Part shown: positions 18,149 to 28,391 of the stretch, piece by piece
Position numbering within the stretch: position 1 is the stretch's first letter
How the letters are laid out: every line of letters starts with the position of its first letter
NCBI GenBank assembly: GCA_965261085.1
Contig: OZ253442.1
Span: forward strand, 32,001-96,000
Direction of reading: 5' to 3'
Source: a bacterium
GTDB taxonomy: Bacteria; UBA8248
DNA length: 64,000 nt
Position numbers and translations under genes: made by a program
The notes under the pieces: model-generated
Databases searched by the model: none
What the model saw: only the letters and a program-made list of their open reading frames with translations
Told to the model about the DNA's origin: nothing

Positions 18149-19702
18149 TCAAGGCTCTACGAGCCGGATGGGCCGCTTGTCCCGCAACTGGGTGGTGGCG
18201 CTCACCACCACCCGCTCGCCCACCTTCAAGCCCTCGAGAATCTCGATTCGCCCATCCACCATCTCGCCCAACCGCACCTCGCGGCGCACCGCCATGAAGC
18301 GCGGGCCGCGTCCCCCCGGGGGGCCTCGCCTCGTCCCTCCTGCGCGCGCGTTCGCTTCGGCCACGCCCCCGCGCGCTGCGCCTCTAGCGCCGGGAGCACC
18401 TCGTCCGCCGCCGCTTCTACCAGCTCCTCTTTGCAACCTTTCCACGACGAAGACGGCGCCCGCCTTCGTGCGCAAATCCCCGTCCCAGATAACGGCGTGA
18501 ACCGGCAGGTTGATCGCGCTCCTCCCCAGCAAGGGGTCAAACCTCACGCGGGCCAGAAGGCCGGGCCTTAAGTAAGAATCGGGGTTTTGAACATCCACCT
18601 CCACGATGAGCTGGCGCGAACTCGGGTCGACGCTCGGAAAAATCCGGGTCAGCTTTCCCGAATACGCGCGGCCCCGGTAGGCGTCGAACTCGACTCGCGC
18701 ACCCTGGCCTTTCTTGATGAGAGGCAAATCCAGCTCGCTCACCCGCACGCGGGCGCGCAGCGTGTCCGTCTGGGCGATGGTGAACAGATGCGCCCTGTTC
18801 ACCGCCAGGTCGCCGGGCTCGATTTTTCTCTCGGTGACGACGCCTGGAATCGGCGAGCGAACGGTGAAGTATTCAAGCTCGACCTTTAGCCGCCTCACCC
18901 GCTGCATACGCTGGCTCACCTGCGCCTGCGCCATGTCGACTTCTTCCACGCGCGCGCCAATTTTCACCAGCTTGAGCTTTTCTTTTGCAACCTGCACACG
19001 GGCGGCGTCCTCGGCAACGCGCGCCCTGCGCTCGGCCACGTCCGCGCTGGCGCGATTCGCCTCCGTCGACACTTTACGCCACTCCCGTGCGCTGATGACG
19101 CCTTTTTTGTGCAAGGCGTCCAAGGAGCGCGCGTTGGCTTCCGCCTCCTCGCGTCGGGCGAGGGCGGAGCTGATTTCCGCCTCGCTGCGCTTGCGCGTCG
19201 CCTCCGCCTGTGCGACGACGGCCGCTGCCGCCGCGATTTCCTCGGGCCGGCTTCCGGCTTTGAGTCTTTGGAGATTCGCCCGCGCTGCGTCGAGTTCGCT
19301 CTCCGCCAGCTTCAAGTCTATCCGTTTGATGGTGGAATCAAGACGCGAGAGGATTTGCCCCTTCTTTACCTGCGAGCCCTCGCGCACCAGAACCTCGCGC
19401 ACCTGCCCTTCGGCGCGCGACATGAGCTTCACCTCGCTTCTGGCCAGAAGGGTGCCAGTGGCCGCCACGCGCCTGCCCAGACGGCCAGTCGAGACTTTCT
19501 GCGCCTGAACCGAGACGATGCGGTTTCGCCTTCCCCTCGGGCGGCCCGCGGAGGCGTAGGTGAACTCGCCCGCTACGATGAGCACCATGATGAGCACAGC
19601 GGCTGATCTTGCAGACATCTTCTCGTGGCTCCCGAAAGAGAAACACGGCGACGAACCATTCACGCGACGGATGTTAAAAAGCGACGCAAACGATCTTATC
19701 AC
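18149..19702 (-). CDS. RND periplasmic adaptor (membrane fusion protein) with long coiled coil
   Basis: Lipoyl-like halves (VREGSQVKKGQIL; VRSPIPGVV), PSVDPSSR, EILEGLKVGERVV. Start uncertain. Confidence 0.88.
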   Translation of the reverse strand: MIRSFASLFNIRRVNGSSPCFSFGSHEKMSARSAAVLIMVLIVAGEFTYASAGRPRGRRNRIVSVQAQKVSTGRLGRRVAATGTLLARSEVKLMSRAEGQVREVLVREGSQVKKGQILSRLDSTIKRIDLKLAESELDAARANLQRLKAGSRPEEIAAAAAVVAQAEATRKRSEAEISSALARREEAEANARSLDALHKKGVISAREWRKVSTEANRASADVAERRARVAEDAARVQVAKEKLKLVKIGARVEEVDMAQAQVSQRMQRVRRLKVELEYFTVRSPIPGVVTERKIEPGDLAVNRAHLFTIAQTDTLRARVRVSELDLPLIKKGQGARVEFDAYRGRAYSGKLTRIFPSVDPSSRQLIVEVDVQNPDSYLRPGLLARVRFDPLLGRSAINLPVHAVIWDGDLRTKAGAVFVVERLQRGAGRSGGGRGAPGARGAARGGVAEANARAGGTRRGPPGGRGPRFMAVRREVRLGEMVDGRIEILEGLKVGERVVVSATTQLRDKRPIRLVEP

Positions 19703-19796
19703 AAACCAGGGGTTATCTCTTTTGGACGCAGACAGGTTCCTGGGGGAGTGTCATGGGGAATGGGCGAGCAGCCGGCACCCAAAGGGCGATGGCGCC

Positions 19797-20666
19797 TTAG
19801 CCCAGCGTGCGGAGCCACTCGGCGATTGCCCGGCCAATCTCATCCGGAGAATCCTCCTGGATGAAGTGAATCCCCGGCACGCTCACTTCGGTCTGGCTCG
19901 GCCAGGTGCGGCAGAATTCGCGCTGCTCGCCTATCAGGATGGCGCCCGGCTCGGCGTTCACGAACAGCTTGGGAACGGGCGACTCGCGAAGCCACGCGGC
20001 GTAGTCAGCGACGATTCCGGCCACGTCGGCAGGCTCGCCCTCGATGGGAATCTCGCGCGGCCACGTGAGGGTCGGGCGGCGGCCTTCTCCGGGTTCTGCG
20101 AAGGGACGGCGGTATTCGGCCATCTCCTCCTCGGTAAGCTCCCGCTGTATCGAGCCCGGCAGCACGCGCTCGACGAACACGTTGTTATCCAAAACCATGG
20201 ACTCGCCGCTTTCCGAGCGGAACCCCTGAAAGACCCGCTGCGCCGCATCTGGCCACTGCGCCCAGGTGAGCGGCTGCACGATGGCCTCCATGTAGGCCAG
20301 CCCCTTCACGGCGCCCCGGTGCCGGTTGGCCCAGTCGAAGCCCAAGGCCGAGCCCCAGTCGTGCATGATGAAGGTGACGCGCTCGCCGACGCCCAAAGCC
20401 TCTAAAAGCGCGTCGAGATGCCGCCGATGCTCCACAAAGCGGTAGCGGCCCGGGCCGCTGTCGTCCAGTTTGTCCGAATCGCCCATGCCGATCAGGTCGG
20501 GCGCAATGCAACGGCCAAGCGGAGCGAGGTGGGGGATGACGCCGCGCCACAGGTAGGAGGAAGTCGGGTTTCCGTGCAGCAATATTATGGGGTCACCATC
20601 GCCGGTCTCGACATAGGACATCGTGCGGCCGAGCACCTGCGTGCGTTTCTTTTCAATCCACGGCAC
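19797..20666 (-). CDS. dhaA: Haloalkane dehalogenase (LinB/DhaA-type)
   Basis: HGNPTSSYLW, HDWGS nucleophile, YMEAIV, GIHFIQED: Asn/Asp/Trp/Glu/His pentad intact. Confidence 0.9.
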   Translation of the reverse strand: MPWIEKKRTQVLGRTMSYVETGDGDPIILLHGNPTSSYLWRGVIPHLAPLGRCIAPDLIGMGDSDKLDDSGPGRYRFVEHRRHLDALLEALGVGERVTFIMHDWGSALGFDWANRHRGAVKGLAYMEAIVQPLTWAQWPDAAQRVFQGFRSESGESMVLDNNVFVERVLPGSIQRELTEEEMAEYRRPFAEPGEGRRPTLTWPREIPIEGEPADVAGIVADYAAWLRESPVPKLFVNAEPGAILIGEQREFCRTWPSQTEVSVPGIHFIQEDSPDEIGRAIAEWLRTLG

Positions 20667-20778
20667 TGCGGATCTCCTTTTGGGGCTTGGCGTTCAGGCT
20701 CTTCAACGACGCCCGCGCACCACGGAAGCGTCCGATTTGTCATCAGAGTGATGGAATCTCGAGCGATGGAGGATAAAT

Positions 20779-21762
20779 CTAGCCGCCGATGGAACTCATC
20801 GTGCGCTCAGGCTGGATGAACTCTTCCTGTCCGATGAGGTGGCCCGGCGTCTTGGTGAGAACCACCTCGCCGAGCCAGGCCTTTATCTCATCATCCGAAG
20901 CGCCGCCCCGCAGCATCTTCTTGACGTCGTGCTCGACCGTGGAGAAAAGGCAGGTCCTCACCATGCCGTCCGCCGTCAAGCGGATGCGGTTGCAATCCTG
21001 ACAGAAAGGCCGCGTGACCGAGGCGATGACGCCCACCTCGCCCTTGCCGTCCTTGTAGCGGTAGCGCGTCGCGGGGTCGGAAGGGTGTCCGCTCACCAGT
21101 TCGAGTTCTCCCTCGATGGAGAGGCCCTCCAATATTTCCTCGGCCGTCAGCACCTTCTCTTTCGTCCAGGTGCGGTCCGCATCGAGCGGCATGTATTCGA
21201 TGAAGCGAACGACGTGGCCCGTTTCGCGCGACCACCTGGCGAAGCGCGGCAATTCCTCCTCGCTCAAGCCCTTGACCGCCACCGCGTTGATCTTGATCGG
21301 CGAGAATCCCGCCTCCGCAGCGGCCTCTATGCCTTCCATCACCTGGCCGAAAACGTCGCGGCGCGTCATGAACAGGAATTTGCCCGCGTCCATGGAATCG
21401 AGGCTGATGTTCACGCGCCGAAGCCCCGCCGCGTACAGATCCTTCGCCATCTTGGGGAGAAAAACGCCGTTGGTCGTAAGAGCCAGGTCCATATCGGGCT
21501 GAATTTCCATCATCTGCTCGACCAGGCGGTGTAAGTCCTTTCGCAGGAGCGGCTCGCCGCCGGTCAAGTGATAGCTCGTGAAGCCCAAATCGGTGGTGAT
21601 GCGCACCACGCGGGCGATTTCCTCATAATCGAGAACCTCCGCGTGGGGCAGCCACGTCATGCCCTCTTCCGGCATGCAGTAGAAACACCGGAAGTTGCAC
21701 CTGTCCGTCACCGAGATTCTCAAATCATCGTGCGCGCGTCCGTAGCGATCGAATAACGCCAT
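20779..21762 (-). CDS. moaA: GTP 3',8-cyclase MoaA
   Basis: CNFRCFYC radical SAM motif, FCQDCNRIRLTADG, C-terminal IGG. Confidence 0.96.
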   Translation of the reverse strand: MALFDRYGRAHDDLRISVTDRCNFRCFYCMPEEGMTWLPHAEVLDYEEIARVVRITTDLGFTSYHLTGGEPLLRKDLHRLVEQMMEIQPDMDLALTTNGVFLPKMAKDLYAAGLRRVNISLDSMDAGKFLFMTRRDVFGQVMEGIEAAAEAGFSPIKINAVAVKGLSEEELPRFARWSRETGHVVRFIEYMPLDADRTWTKEKVLTAEEILEGLSIEGELELVSGHPSDPATRYRYKDGKGEVGVIASVTRPFCQDCNRIRLTADGMVRTCLFSTVEHDVKKMLRGGASDDEIKAWLGEVVLTKTPGHLIGQEEFIQPERTMSSIGG

Positions 21763-21773
21763 TTCCTCTAGCC

Positions 21774-23729
21774 TTATCTTGAAGGTGGAGCCATCACCTG
21801 GCCGGTCAACTCCGTATTATACCCCCCTAATGCCTCCACGGCATCCTTAAAAGCCGCATCGCGCAAAATATCCATCACCTTTTGTATCGCGGGCGTCTCC
21901 CAATGCTCCCCGGGCACGATGAAATCGAAGCGCTCCCGCTCCAGTGGGATGAAATCGAGGTTCAGCATCCTGGCAGCCGCGAAAATCCCCAAACCGCAAT
22001 CCGCGCGCCCCGCCACCACCGCCATGGCCACCGCCATGTGCGTGGTCTCCACCCGCTCATAGCCCCGAACGTCCTCGGGCGAGAGGCCGGCGCGCTCCAT
22101 CAAATGATCGAGCAGCACCCGCGTGCCCGCCCCGCTCTGGCGGTTCACGATGGCGACATCCTCGCGGTTCAGGTCGGCTACCCCAGTGATTCCCTTGGGA
22201 TTGCCCCTGGGAACCAGGATGCCCTGTTCGCGCTGGACGAAATTCACCACCACGACCGCGCGGCCCCTGAGATAGCGTTGAATATAATACCAGTTGTACT
22301 CCCCGGTCTCGGGGTCCAGCAGGTGGCTGCCCGCGATGTGCGCCTCGCCGTCGCGCACGGCGATGAGGCCCGCCAGCGAACCCACCGCCGAGGCGGAAAG
22401 ACGCGTGTCGTTGTGTCGTGTTCTCAACGCATCCGCCAGCAGATCGAGCGCGTTGTCGTGGCTGCCCGCCATGAGCAGGTTCCCCCGGATATCGGCCATG
22501 GGCCTCAACAGCTCGACCGTGACTTCTTCGCCCGTCTCGATTCCCTCCGAGTGGGCGGGCACGCGCACCACGCCGTCGGCCTCTACGAGCGAACTGATGA
22601 CGCTGGCCCCGCGCTTGGCGGGCAGGCAGACCATCCGCTCGCCCACCCGGCCGAGCTTCACGCGCAGAAATTCCTCCATCCCGAGCCGAGAGGCGCTCTT
22701 TCGGCTCATGAAGGCTTGTATGCGTTCTTCTTCCCCTGGGGCCGCGCCCGCCATGTGGGCCATCAGAGGACGCACGAACTCCTGAAGCGCGAGCACCGCC
22801 GAGACCGGATAGCCCGGAATCCCCAGCACGGGTTTCCTCTCGCCCGATTTCGACTTGCAAACGCCCAGTATGGTGGGCTTGCCGGGGAAGATGGCCACGC
22901 CGTGCACCAGAAGCTTACCCAGTTTTTCCACCACGGCGGCGGTGTAATCCTCCCGCCCGGCGGATGAGCCCGCGTTCACCAAAACGACGTCCGCGCTTTC
23001 GAGCGCGCCTCGAACCGCAGCCTCGATGGCCGAAAACCTATCCTCCAAAATCGGGCCGGGGAGCGCCTCTCCCCCCCACTCGGTGATGAAGGCGGACATG
23101 ACGCTCGAGTTGAACTCCACCAGATCGCCCGGCTTCAAATCGGCCCCGGCTTCCACGAGTTCGTCTCCGGTGGGGATGATGGCGATTCTCGGCCGGCGGC
23201 GCACGCTCACCCGCGTGATGCCCGCCGCCAGAAGCGCGCCCAGATCGTAGGGCCTTAAAGTATGTCCCGCCGTGAGGATGAGCTGGCCCTCGACGATGTC
23301 CTCTCCCGCCACGCGCACGTTCTGCCAGGGCGAGAGGGCCGCCTCGATACGAACCGCGCCGGGAGTCGCCTCGTGCACGTGCTCGATCATGACGACGCAA
23401 TCCGCCCCATCGGGCAGCGGGTCGCCCGTGTCGAGGGGGTGGGCCTCCTCGTCCAAGAGAAACTCTTTGGGACTCACGGGCGTGGCGCCCGAAGTCTCCA
23501 CCGAGGCGAGGGCGTAGCCGTCCATGGCGGCGGCGTGAAAGTGCGGGCTGGAAATCCGCGCGTAGGCCGCGCGCGCCGTCACGCGCCCCAAAGCCTCGGA
23601 AGTCGGAACTTCCTCCCCCTCGAGGCGGAACTCACCCACTTTCTCCAGAAGACGCGAGAGCGCCTCTTCGCGCGGGATGTTTTCCAAATAAATTTTCCGG
23701 CCGCCCTGGGCCAGTGATGAATCGTTCAT
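21774..23729 (-). CDS. moeA: Molybdopterin molybdotransferase MoeA fused to a PBP (molybdate-binding-like) domain
   Basis: AAMDGYA, PTGDEL, GIPGYPVSA, then GSHD...VGSLAGL...NRQSGAGTR PBP domain. Confidence 0.9.
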   Translation of the reverse strand: MNDSSLAQGGRKIYLENIPREEALSRLLEKVGEFRLEGEEVPTSEALGRVTARAAYARISSPHFHAAAMDGYALASVETSGATPVSPKEFLLDEEAHPLDTGDPLPDGADCVVMIEHVHEATPGAVRIEAALSPWQNVRVAGEDIVEGQLILTAGHTLRPYDLGALLAAGITRVSVRRRPRIAIIPTGDELVEAGADLKPGDLVEFNSSVMSAFITEWGGEALPGPILEDRFSAIEAAVRGALESADVVLVNAGSSAGREDYTAAVVEKLGKLLVHGVAIFPGKPTILGVCKSKSGERKPVLGIPGYPVSAVLALQEFVRPLMAHMAGAAPGEEERIQAFMSRKSASRLGMEEFLRVKLGRVGERMVCLPAKRGASVISSLVEADGVVRVPAHSEGIETGEEVTVELLRPMADIRGNLLMAGSHDNALDLLADALRTRHNDTRLSASAVGSLAGLIAVRDGEAHIAGSHLLDPETGEYNWYYIQRYLRGRAVVVVNFVQREQGILVPRGNPKGITGVADLNREDVAIVNRQSGAGTRVLLDHLMERAGLSPEDVRGYERVETTHMAVAMAVVAGRADCGLGIFAAARMLNLDFIPLERERFDFIVPGEHWETPAIQKVMDILRDAAFKDAVEALGGYNTELTGQVMAPPSR

Positions 23730-23773
23730 TCGCTTACACCTGATACGATGAGAAAATCCCGTTCAAACTGCGC

Positions 23774-25015
23774 TCAATAAAGATGCACGCGCACTTGCGC
23801 GCCCTCGCGCAGCCCTTCCGCTTCGAGCGGAATCGTGATGTAGCCGTCCGCTTTCGTCATGGTCGATATCATCGCGGAATTGCCCATCAGGGGATGGGCC
23901 ACGCGCCCGCCCTCGCCGATTGAAAGCGTGACACGAACCAGGTCCTCGCGTCCGGGAGCCGAGGCCACGTTCCTTGAAAGGGTGGCCGCAAGACCATCGG
24001 AACTTAAGTCTTCGCGTACGACCTCGCCGCTCAACTGCCGGATGACGGGCCGGACGAAGGCGTGAAAAATCATGAGGGCTGAGACCGGATGCCCCGGAAT
24101 GCCGATGACGGCCTTGTCTTCTCCGCCTCGAACGACGCGCCCGATGATGGTCGGCTTGCCGGGCTTGATGGATATGCCGTGCACCAGAACGCCCGGCTCT
24201 CCCAGGGAGTCGATGGCCTCCACCGTGTAATCGCGAAGGCCCATGGAGCTTCCGCCCGAGATGAGCACCACGTCCGCACGGCTTACTGCTTGCTCCAAAC
24301 GCTCTTTGATGATGCCGAGATCATCGGGGAGGATGTCTTCGGTCTCGGGCTCGCCCCCCGCCTCAACCACCCCCGCCGCGAGAGAGAAGCGGTTGATGTC
24401 GCGCACCTGGCCCGCGCGGGGCGTCTCGCGCGGGTCGATGAGTTCATCGCCCGTAGGCAGTATCGCCACCCGTGGGCGGCGGTGGACTTCCACCGAGGTG
24501 ACCCCCACGCCCGCAAGCGCGCCGATATCCTGACTCCTGAGGCGCACGCACGCTCCCAGGAGCAACTCGTCTTTTTTGAGATCATCGCCTACGCCAAGGA
24601 CGTTCTCACCCACGGCGGCGGGACGCCTGACCTCGAGCGTCTCCGCGTCGGGAGCGGTGGTGAACTCCTCCATCACCACCGCGTCGGCACCCTCTGGAAC
24701 CATGCCGCCCGTCAGGATGCGCGCCGCCTCGCCCCGGCCCACGGAGAATTCCGGCGCCGCCCCCATCGGCACCTGGCCGACGATATCGAGATAGGCGGGT
24801 ATGGACTCGCTCGCGCCGAAAGAATCCGCCGCCTTAAGCGCGTAGCCGTCCATCGTGGCGCGCGGGAAATCGGGCAGGTCGACGGGGGAGTGGACGTCTT
24901 CGGCCAGGACGCGGCCCACTGCATCGAAAGAGGAAACACTCTCCGCCCCCAGCGCGCGGAAACCCTCGAGCGCCTCTTTTGCTTCTTCTGGCGAAACGAC
25001 CTTGAAGAATTCCAC
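23774..25015 (-). CDS. moeA: Gephyrin-like molybdotransferase MoeA
   Basis: ATMDGYA, TGDEL, SGGSSMG, IKPGKP, GIPGHP. Confidence 0.92.
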   Translation of the reverse strand: MEFFKVVSPEEAKEALEGFRALGAESVSSFDAVGRVLAEDVHSPVDLPDFPRATMDGYALKAADSFGASESIPAYLDIVGQVPMGAAPEFSVGRGEAARILTGGMVPEGADAVVMEEFTTAPDAETLEVRRPAAVGENVLGVGDDLKKDELLLGACVRLRSQDIGALAGVGVTSVEVHRRPRVAILPTGDELIDPRETPRAGQVRDINRFSLAAGVVEAGGEPETEDILPDDLGIIKERLEQAVSRADVVLISGGSSMGLRDYTVEAIDSLGEPGVLVHGISIKPGKPTIIGRVVRGGEDKAVIGIPGHPVSALMIFHAFVRPVIRQLSGEVVREDLSSDGLAATLSRNVASAPGREDLVRVTLSIGEGGRVAHPLMGNSAMISTMTKADGYITIPLEAEGLREGAQVRVHLY

Positions 25016-25282
25016 CCGGTCTCTCCGTCTTCAAAATGAAAAACCAACCGCTGCGCGCGCAGGGCTGGTCGCAAAATCCGGTGGACATTCACGGGCGTTC
25101 GCCCGGCGTCCCCCTATCAGGCAAAAGACCGCGCTGCGCCCTACGAGGCTATCCCCGGCCCATCTCCCGCAACTCCCGGTAGGCGCGGCTGCGTCATCGC
25201 CCTCTATGAGAAACAACCCGCCGCGGCGAGGAGTACCAAGCCCAGGAATCCACGCGCGGTGGACTCAGAGCGAACCGGCTAT

Positions 25283-25483
25283 TCAGCCCTTATCGCCCTC
25301 TCCGGCGGCGGACGCCTCTTTCTTATCGGGCAATTCCGGGTCGTCGCTTATCCCCTTCTTGAAGCTCTTGATTCCGCGAGCGAGGCCCGAACCGATCTCG
25401 GGCAGGCGCTTCGCGCCGAAGACCAGCACGCATATCGCAAGAATGACCAGCAACTCGGGAATGCCCATATTCATCGGGAACAT
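25283..25483 (-). CDS. tatA: Twin-arginine translocase TatA
   Basis: MGIPELLVILAICVLVFGAKRLPEIGSGLARGIKSFKKG. Confidence 0.93.
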   Translation of the reverse strand: MFPMNMGIPELLVILAICVLVFGAKRLPEIGSGLARGIKSFKKGISDDPELPDKKEASAAGEGDKG

Positions 25484-25508
25484 CGGCAAAACTCCTTTGG
25501 ATGAATGA

Positions 25509-26690
25509 TCAGGAAGCAGCGTCCGCGAACACCTGCGAAGCGGCTCCGACACCATCTCCAGCCTTTGTAATATACCCTAATTTGGAAAAAATCACCTCCA
25601 GCGCCGAGAGAAGGTAGACCACGTTCGCCTGCGTGGCCCCGTGGCCCATCATTCCGATACGCCATATCTTGCCGGCCACCGGGCCCAGGCCGCCGCCGAT
25701 CTCGATGTTGAAATCGTTGAGCAGGCTCTTGCGAACGGCGGCGTCATCCATGCCCTCTTTCAAAGTGATGGTGTTGAGCGTGGGCGTGCGCGCGCCTTCT
25801 TGCGCGAACATGGACATCCCGAGCGCCTCCACGCCCGCTTGCAACGCCTTGCTCGCCAGGGCGTGTCTCGCAAAACGCGCCTCGAGACCCTCATCGAAGA
25901 TGATCCTGAGCGCTTCTCTGATCGCGTAGTTCATCGTAATCGGCCCGGTGTGGTGATAGACGCGATCGTTGCCCCAGTATTTCTCGACCATGCTCACGTC
26001 GAAATACCAGCTCGTGACCTTGGATTTTCGCTCACGCACCTTGCCGAGCGCGCGCTCGCTGAAGGTGATGGGCGCAACGCCCGGCGGACAGGCCAGGCAC
26101 TTCTGCGTGCCGCTGTAGGCGATCTCCACCCCCCATTTGTCGAGTTCCACGGGCACGCCGCCCAGCGAGGTGACGCAGTCGAGCAGCAAGAGCGCCCCGT
26201 GCTCGCGGCACATCGCGCCGATTTCCTCCATCGGCTGGAGCACGCCCGTGCTCGTTTCCGCGTGGACGATGCCGACCATCACCGCGTCGGGGTTCGCATC
26301 GAGGGCCGCCTTCACGTCCTGTGGGTCGATGGGCTTGCCCCACGGGGCCTCCACGATGACGACCTCCGCCCCGTAGCGCGCGGCCACGTCGCTCATCCGC
26401 CCGCCGAACACGCCATTCACGCAGATGATGGCCTTGTCCCCAGGTTCGATGATGTTGCAGACCGAAGCCTCCATCGCGGCGCTGCCCGTGCCCGATACGG
26501 GGAACGTCACCTGGTTCTCGGTGTTGAACAGATCGCGCAGCATCACCTGGCAGTCGTCCATCACCGCCAGGAAATCGGGGTCCAAGTGCCCCACCACGTG
26601 GGTGCTCATGGCTTTTAAAATTCTCGGGTGAACCGGGCTCGGCCCCGGCCCCAGCAACAAACGCAAATGCGGATTCAACTCTCCAGACAA
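25509..26690 (-). CDS. Alanine-glyoxylate/serine-pyruvate aminotransferase (class V)
   Basis: LLLGPGPS, HAETSTG, SGTQKCL PLP lysine, YHHT, WRIG. Confidence 0.92.
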   Translation of the reverse strand: MSGELNPHLRLLLGPGPSPVHPRILKAMSTHVVGHLDPDFLAVMDDCQVMLRDLFNTENQVTFPVSGTGSAAMEASVCNIIEPGDKAIICVNGVFGGRMSDVAARYGAEVVIVEAPWGKPIDPQDVKAALDANPDAVMVGIVHAETSTGVLQPMEEIGAMCREHGALLLLDCVTSLGGVPVELDKWGVEIAYSGTQKCLACPPGVAPITFSERALGKVRERKSKVTSWYFDVSMVEKYWGNDRVYHHTGPITMNYAIREALRIIFDEGLEARFARHALASKALQAGVEALGMSMFAQEGARTPTLNTITLKEGMDDAAVRKSLLNDFNIEIGGGLGPVAGKIWRIGMMGHGATQANVVYLLSALEVIFSKLGYITKAGDGVGAASQVFADAAS

Positions 26691-26973
26691 GACTTATCCC
26701 TCGCTCGAATCAAGTTTTTGGAATGGATGAGAAGCCTCTGACCCTCTCACTCGGCCCCTCGTTCCGAAATATGACCGCGAGATACTACCACACGCCCCCA
26801 CCACCGCAAAGGGGGGTGGGGTGTATCTAAGGGATGGTGCGGCTTCGTGAGTATGAGGAGGCATGCGACGCACCTTTCAAATCAAAAGAGTTTGACAAGC
26901 ATTCTCGTGAGAACCTAATGTGGGGAACTGGCATACAACCTGGAAGAAAAGAGAACTTTATGGGGAAAGAACG

Positions 26974-27294
26974 ATGACCGAATTCGAAATCGCAACCTTG
27001 GCTATACAAAATTCAACCTTGGCATTCCAGAAATCGACGCTGTCATTTCAGGAGTCGCAGTTGGTGCTGCAAAAATCGGCGATTGAGGTGCAAAAAGCCG
27101 CGCTCATGGCGCAATACGCCGCCGTATGGGTGGCCGGCGCGGTGGGTTTTGCGCAATGCGCGCTCATCGGCGTCGGTCTCTGGTTCATGCGTCGCGCGGC
27201 GATCGCGCGGGACAAGGCGCTGGACATACTCATGAAACGAGCGGAGGACCAAGGCCTCGCGCTGCTAACCCTCATCGAGCGAACAGCGAAGTAG
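26974..27294 (+). CDS. Small membrane protein with heptad repeats
   Basis: ATLAIQN STLAFQK STLSFQE SQLVLQK SAIEVQK heptads, one TM helix, short C-terminal helix. Confidence 0.6.
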   Translation: MTEFEIATLAIQNSTLAFQKSTLSFQESQLVLQKSAIEVQKAALMAQYAAVWVAGAVGFAQCALIGVGLWFMRRAAIARDKALDILMKRAEDQGLALLTLIERTAK

Positions 27295-27395
27295 AACCGA
27301 CAAAATCGTCGTTCAGGTAAAATTTCGCCAAGCTATTCAACACCTTACCCTATCTGTTTAGGACAGCGTCCCAATCCGCCAGAATAATGGCGTGC

Positions 27396-27836
27396 TCAAG
27401 CCTGCTTCCGGGGATAAAGCTCGTGGTCGGGATCGACCCAGACGACGTAGAAAGTGTCCAAGAGCAAAACCCCGTGAACGCGCCCATGCTCATTCGCAGT
27501 GAGTTGAAACTGCCACGCCTGCTCGGAGCGAAACTGCTCGTTGAGGGTGCGAAACCCTCGGGGTTCGGTGGTTTCGCTAAAATCAATGGGATGCGACCGC
27601 AAAGCGCTCGATCTGTTCGTTCGAAACTCCTTTACGGTCAAGCGCGATACATCCCTCAACCGCTCCAGAAGAGTCTTCAGATACCCGTCCCGGCAACGAG
27701 CAAGACTGAATTTCGCGTTTCTAGTCAGATCCAGATGCTTGAACGAAAACCTGAGTGTATCTGCATCCGGCAGCGGTTGAATAGATGGGATTGTTTCGGC
27801 TAAACGTGGAACCTTACCCCGCCTGATCTTCCCCAT
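27396..27836 (-). CDS. Putative toxin (RelE-like nuclease) paired with the Panacea antitoxin
   Basis: FSFKHLD...RSHPIDF...GRVHG...FYVVWVDPDHELY; overlaps the antitoxin 3' end. Confidence 0.6.
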   Translation of the reverse strand: MGKIRRGKVPRLAETIPSIQPLPDADTLRFSFKHLDLTRNAKFSLARCRDGYLKTLLERLRDVSRLTVKEFRTNRSSALRSHPIDFSETTEPRGFRTLNEQFRSEQAWQFQLTANEHGRVHGVLLLDTFYVVWVDPDHELYPRKQA

Positions 27837-28278
27837 CGACCCTCGCCTTGTAGTAATCCCTCATGTCTTCATGAGAAATCACGTTATTCGATGGGGCATC
27901 CGGCTGCAGATCCCCACGCGCATTTCGCCAAGGGTCCTCTTGATGAGTAAGCTTTTCCAGATCGTAGGCACTCAGTCCTGCGTATACGTCCATTACTTCA
28001 TCGAGATGGTCTCTCGCTTGCGAATCGAAATCTTCCTCTTCGGGTTCGACGTCGATCGGCCGCCACGACCACATCTTGTATTCTCCGTAGACCGACGGCA
28101 CGACCGGACCGTGGACCCACGCTTCGATGGGATCGCCGAAGAGAGGCGCATCATAGAGCGCAAGATGCCACGCCTGCGCGTAGTAGAGCAGCTTTTGCAA
28201 CTTGAGATTCGAGATAGGGTCGCCGTGCTCGTGCGAGAACCCGATGATGTACTGAGCGACCTGATAGGCGCTCGGCAT
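27814..28278 (-). CDS. Panacea-domain antitoxin (DUF4065/SocA/GepA)
   Basis: ISNLKLQKLLYYAQ, IEAWVHGPVVP, LTHQEDPW; start reassigned to ATG 28278. Confidence 0.9.
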   Translation of the reverse strand: MPSAYQVAQYIIGFSHEHGDPISNLKLQKLLYYAQAWHLALYDAPLFGDPIEAWVHGPVVPSVYGEYKMWSWRPIDVEPEEEDFDSQARDHLDEVMDVYAGLSAYDLEKLTHQEDPWRNARGDLQPDAPSNNVISHEDMRDYYKARVDGEDQAG

Positions 28279-28391
28279 TTCAATCTCCCTTCTGCGGCGG
28301 CGCGTCGTGAACCGGGCGCGGAGCGCATTCACTCTTGCTTTACCCATGAAACCACTTCGGGTCGGAATGTTCAAGCCCGCTCGTCCGCCAC

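Noticed and set aside
14995-19702. Secretion system for the RTX proteins
   Set aside because: It is an RND pump and adaptor, not the ABC-type T1SS needed for RTX export.
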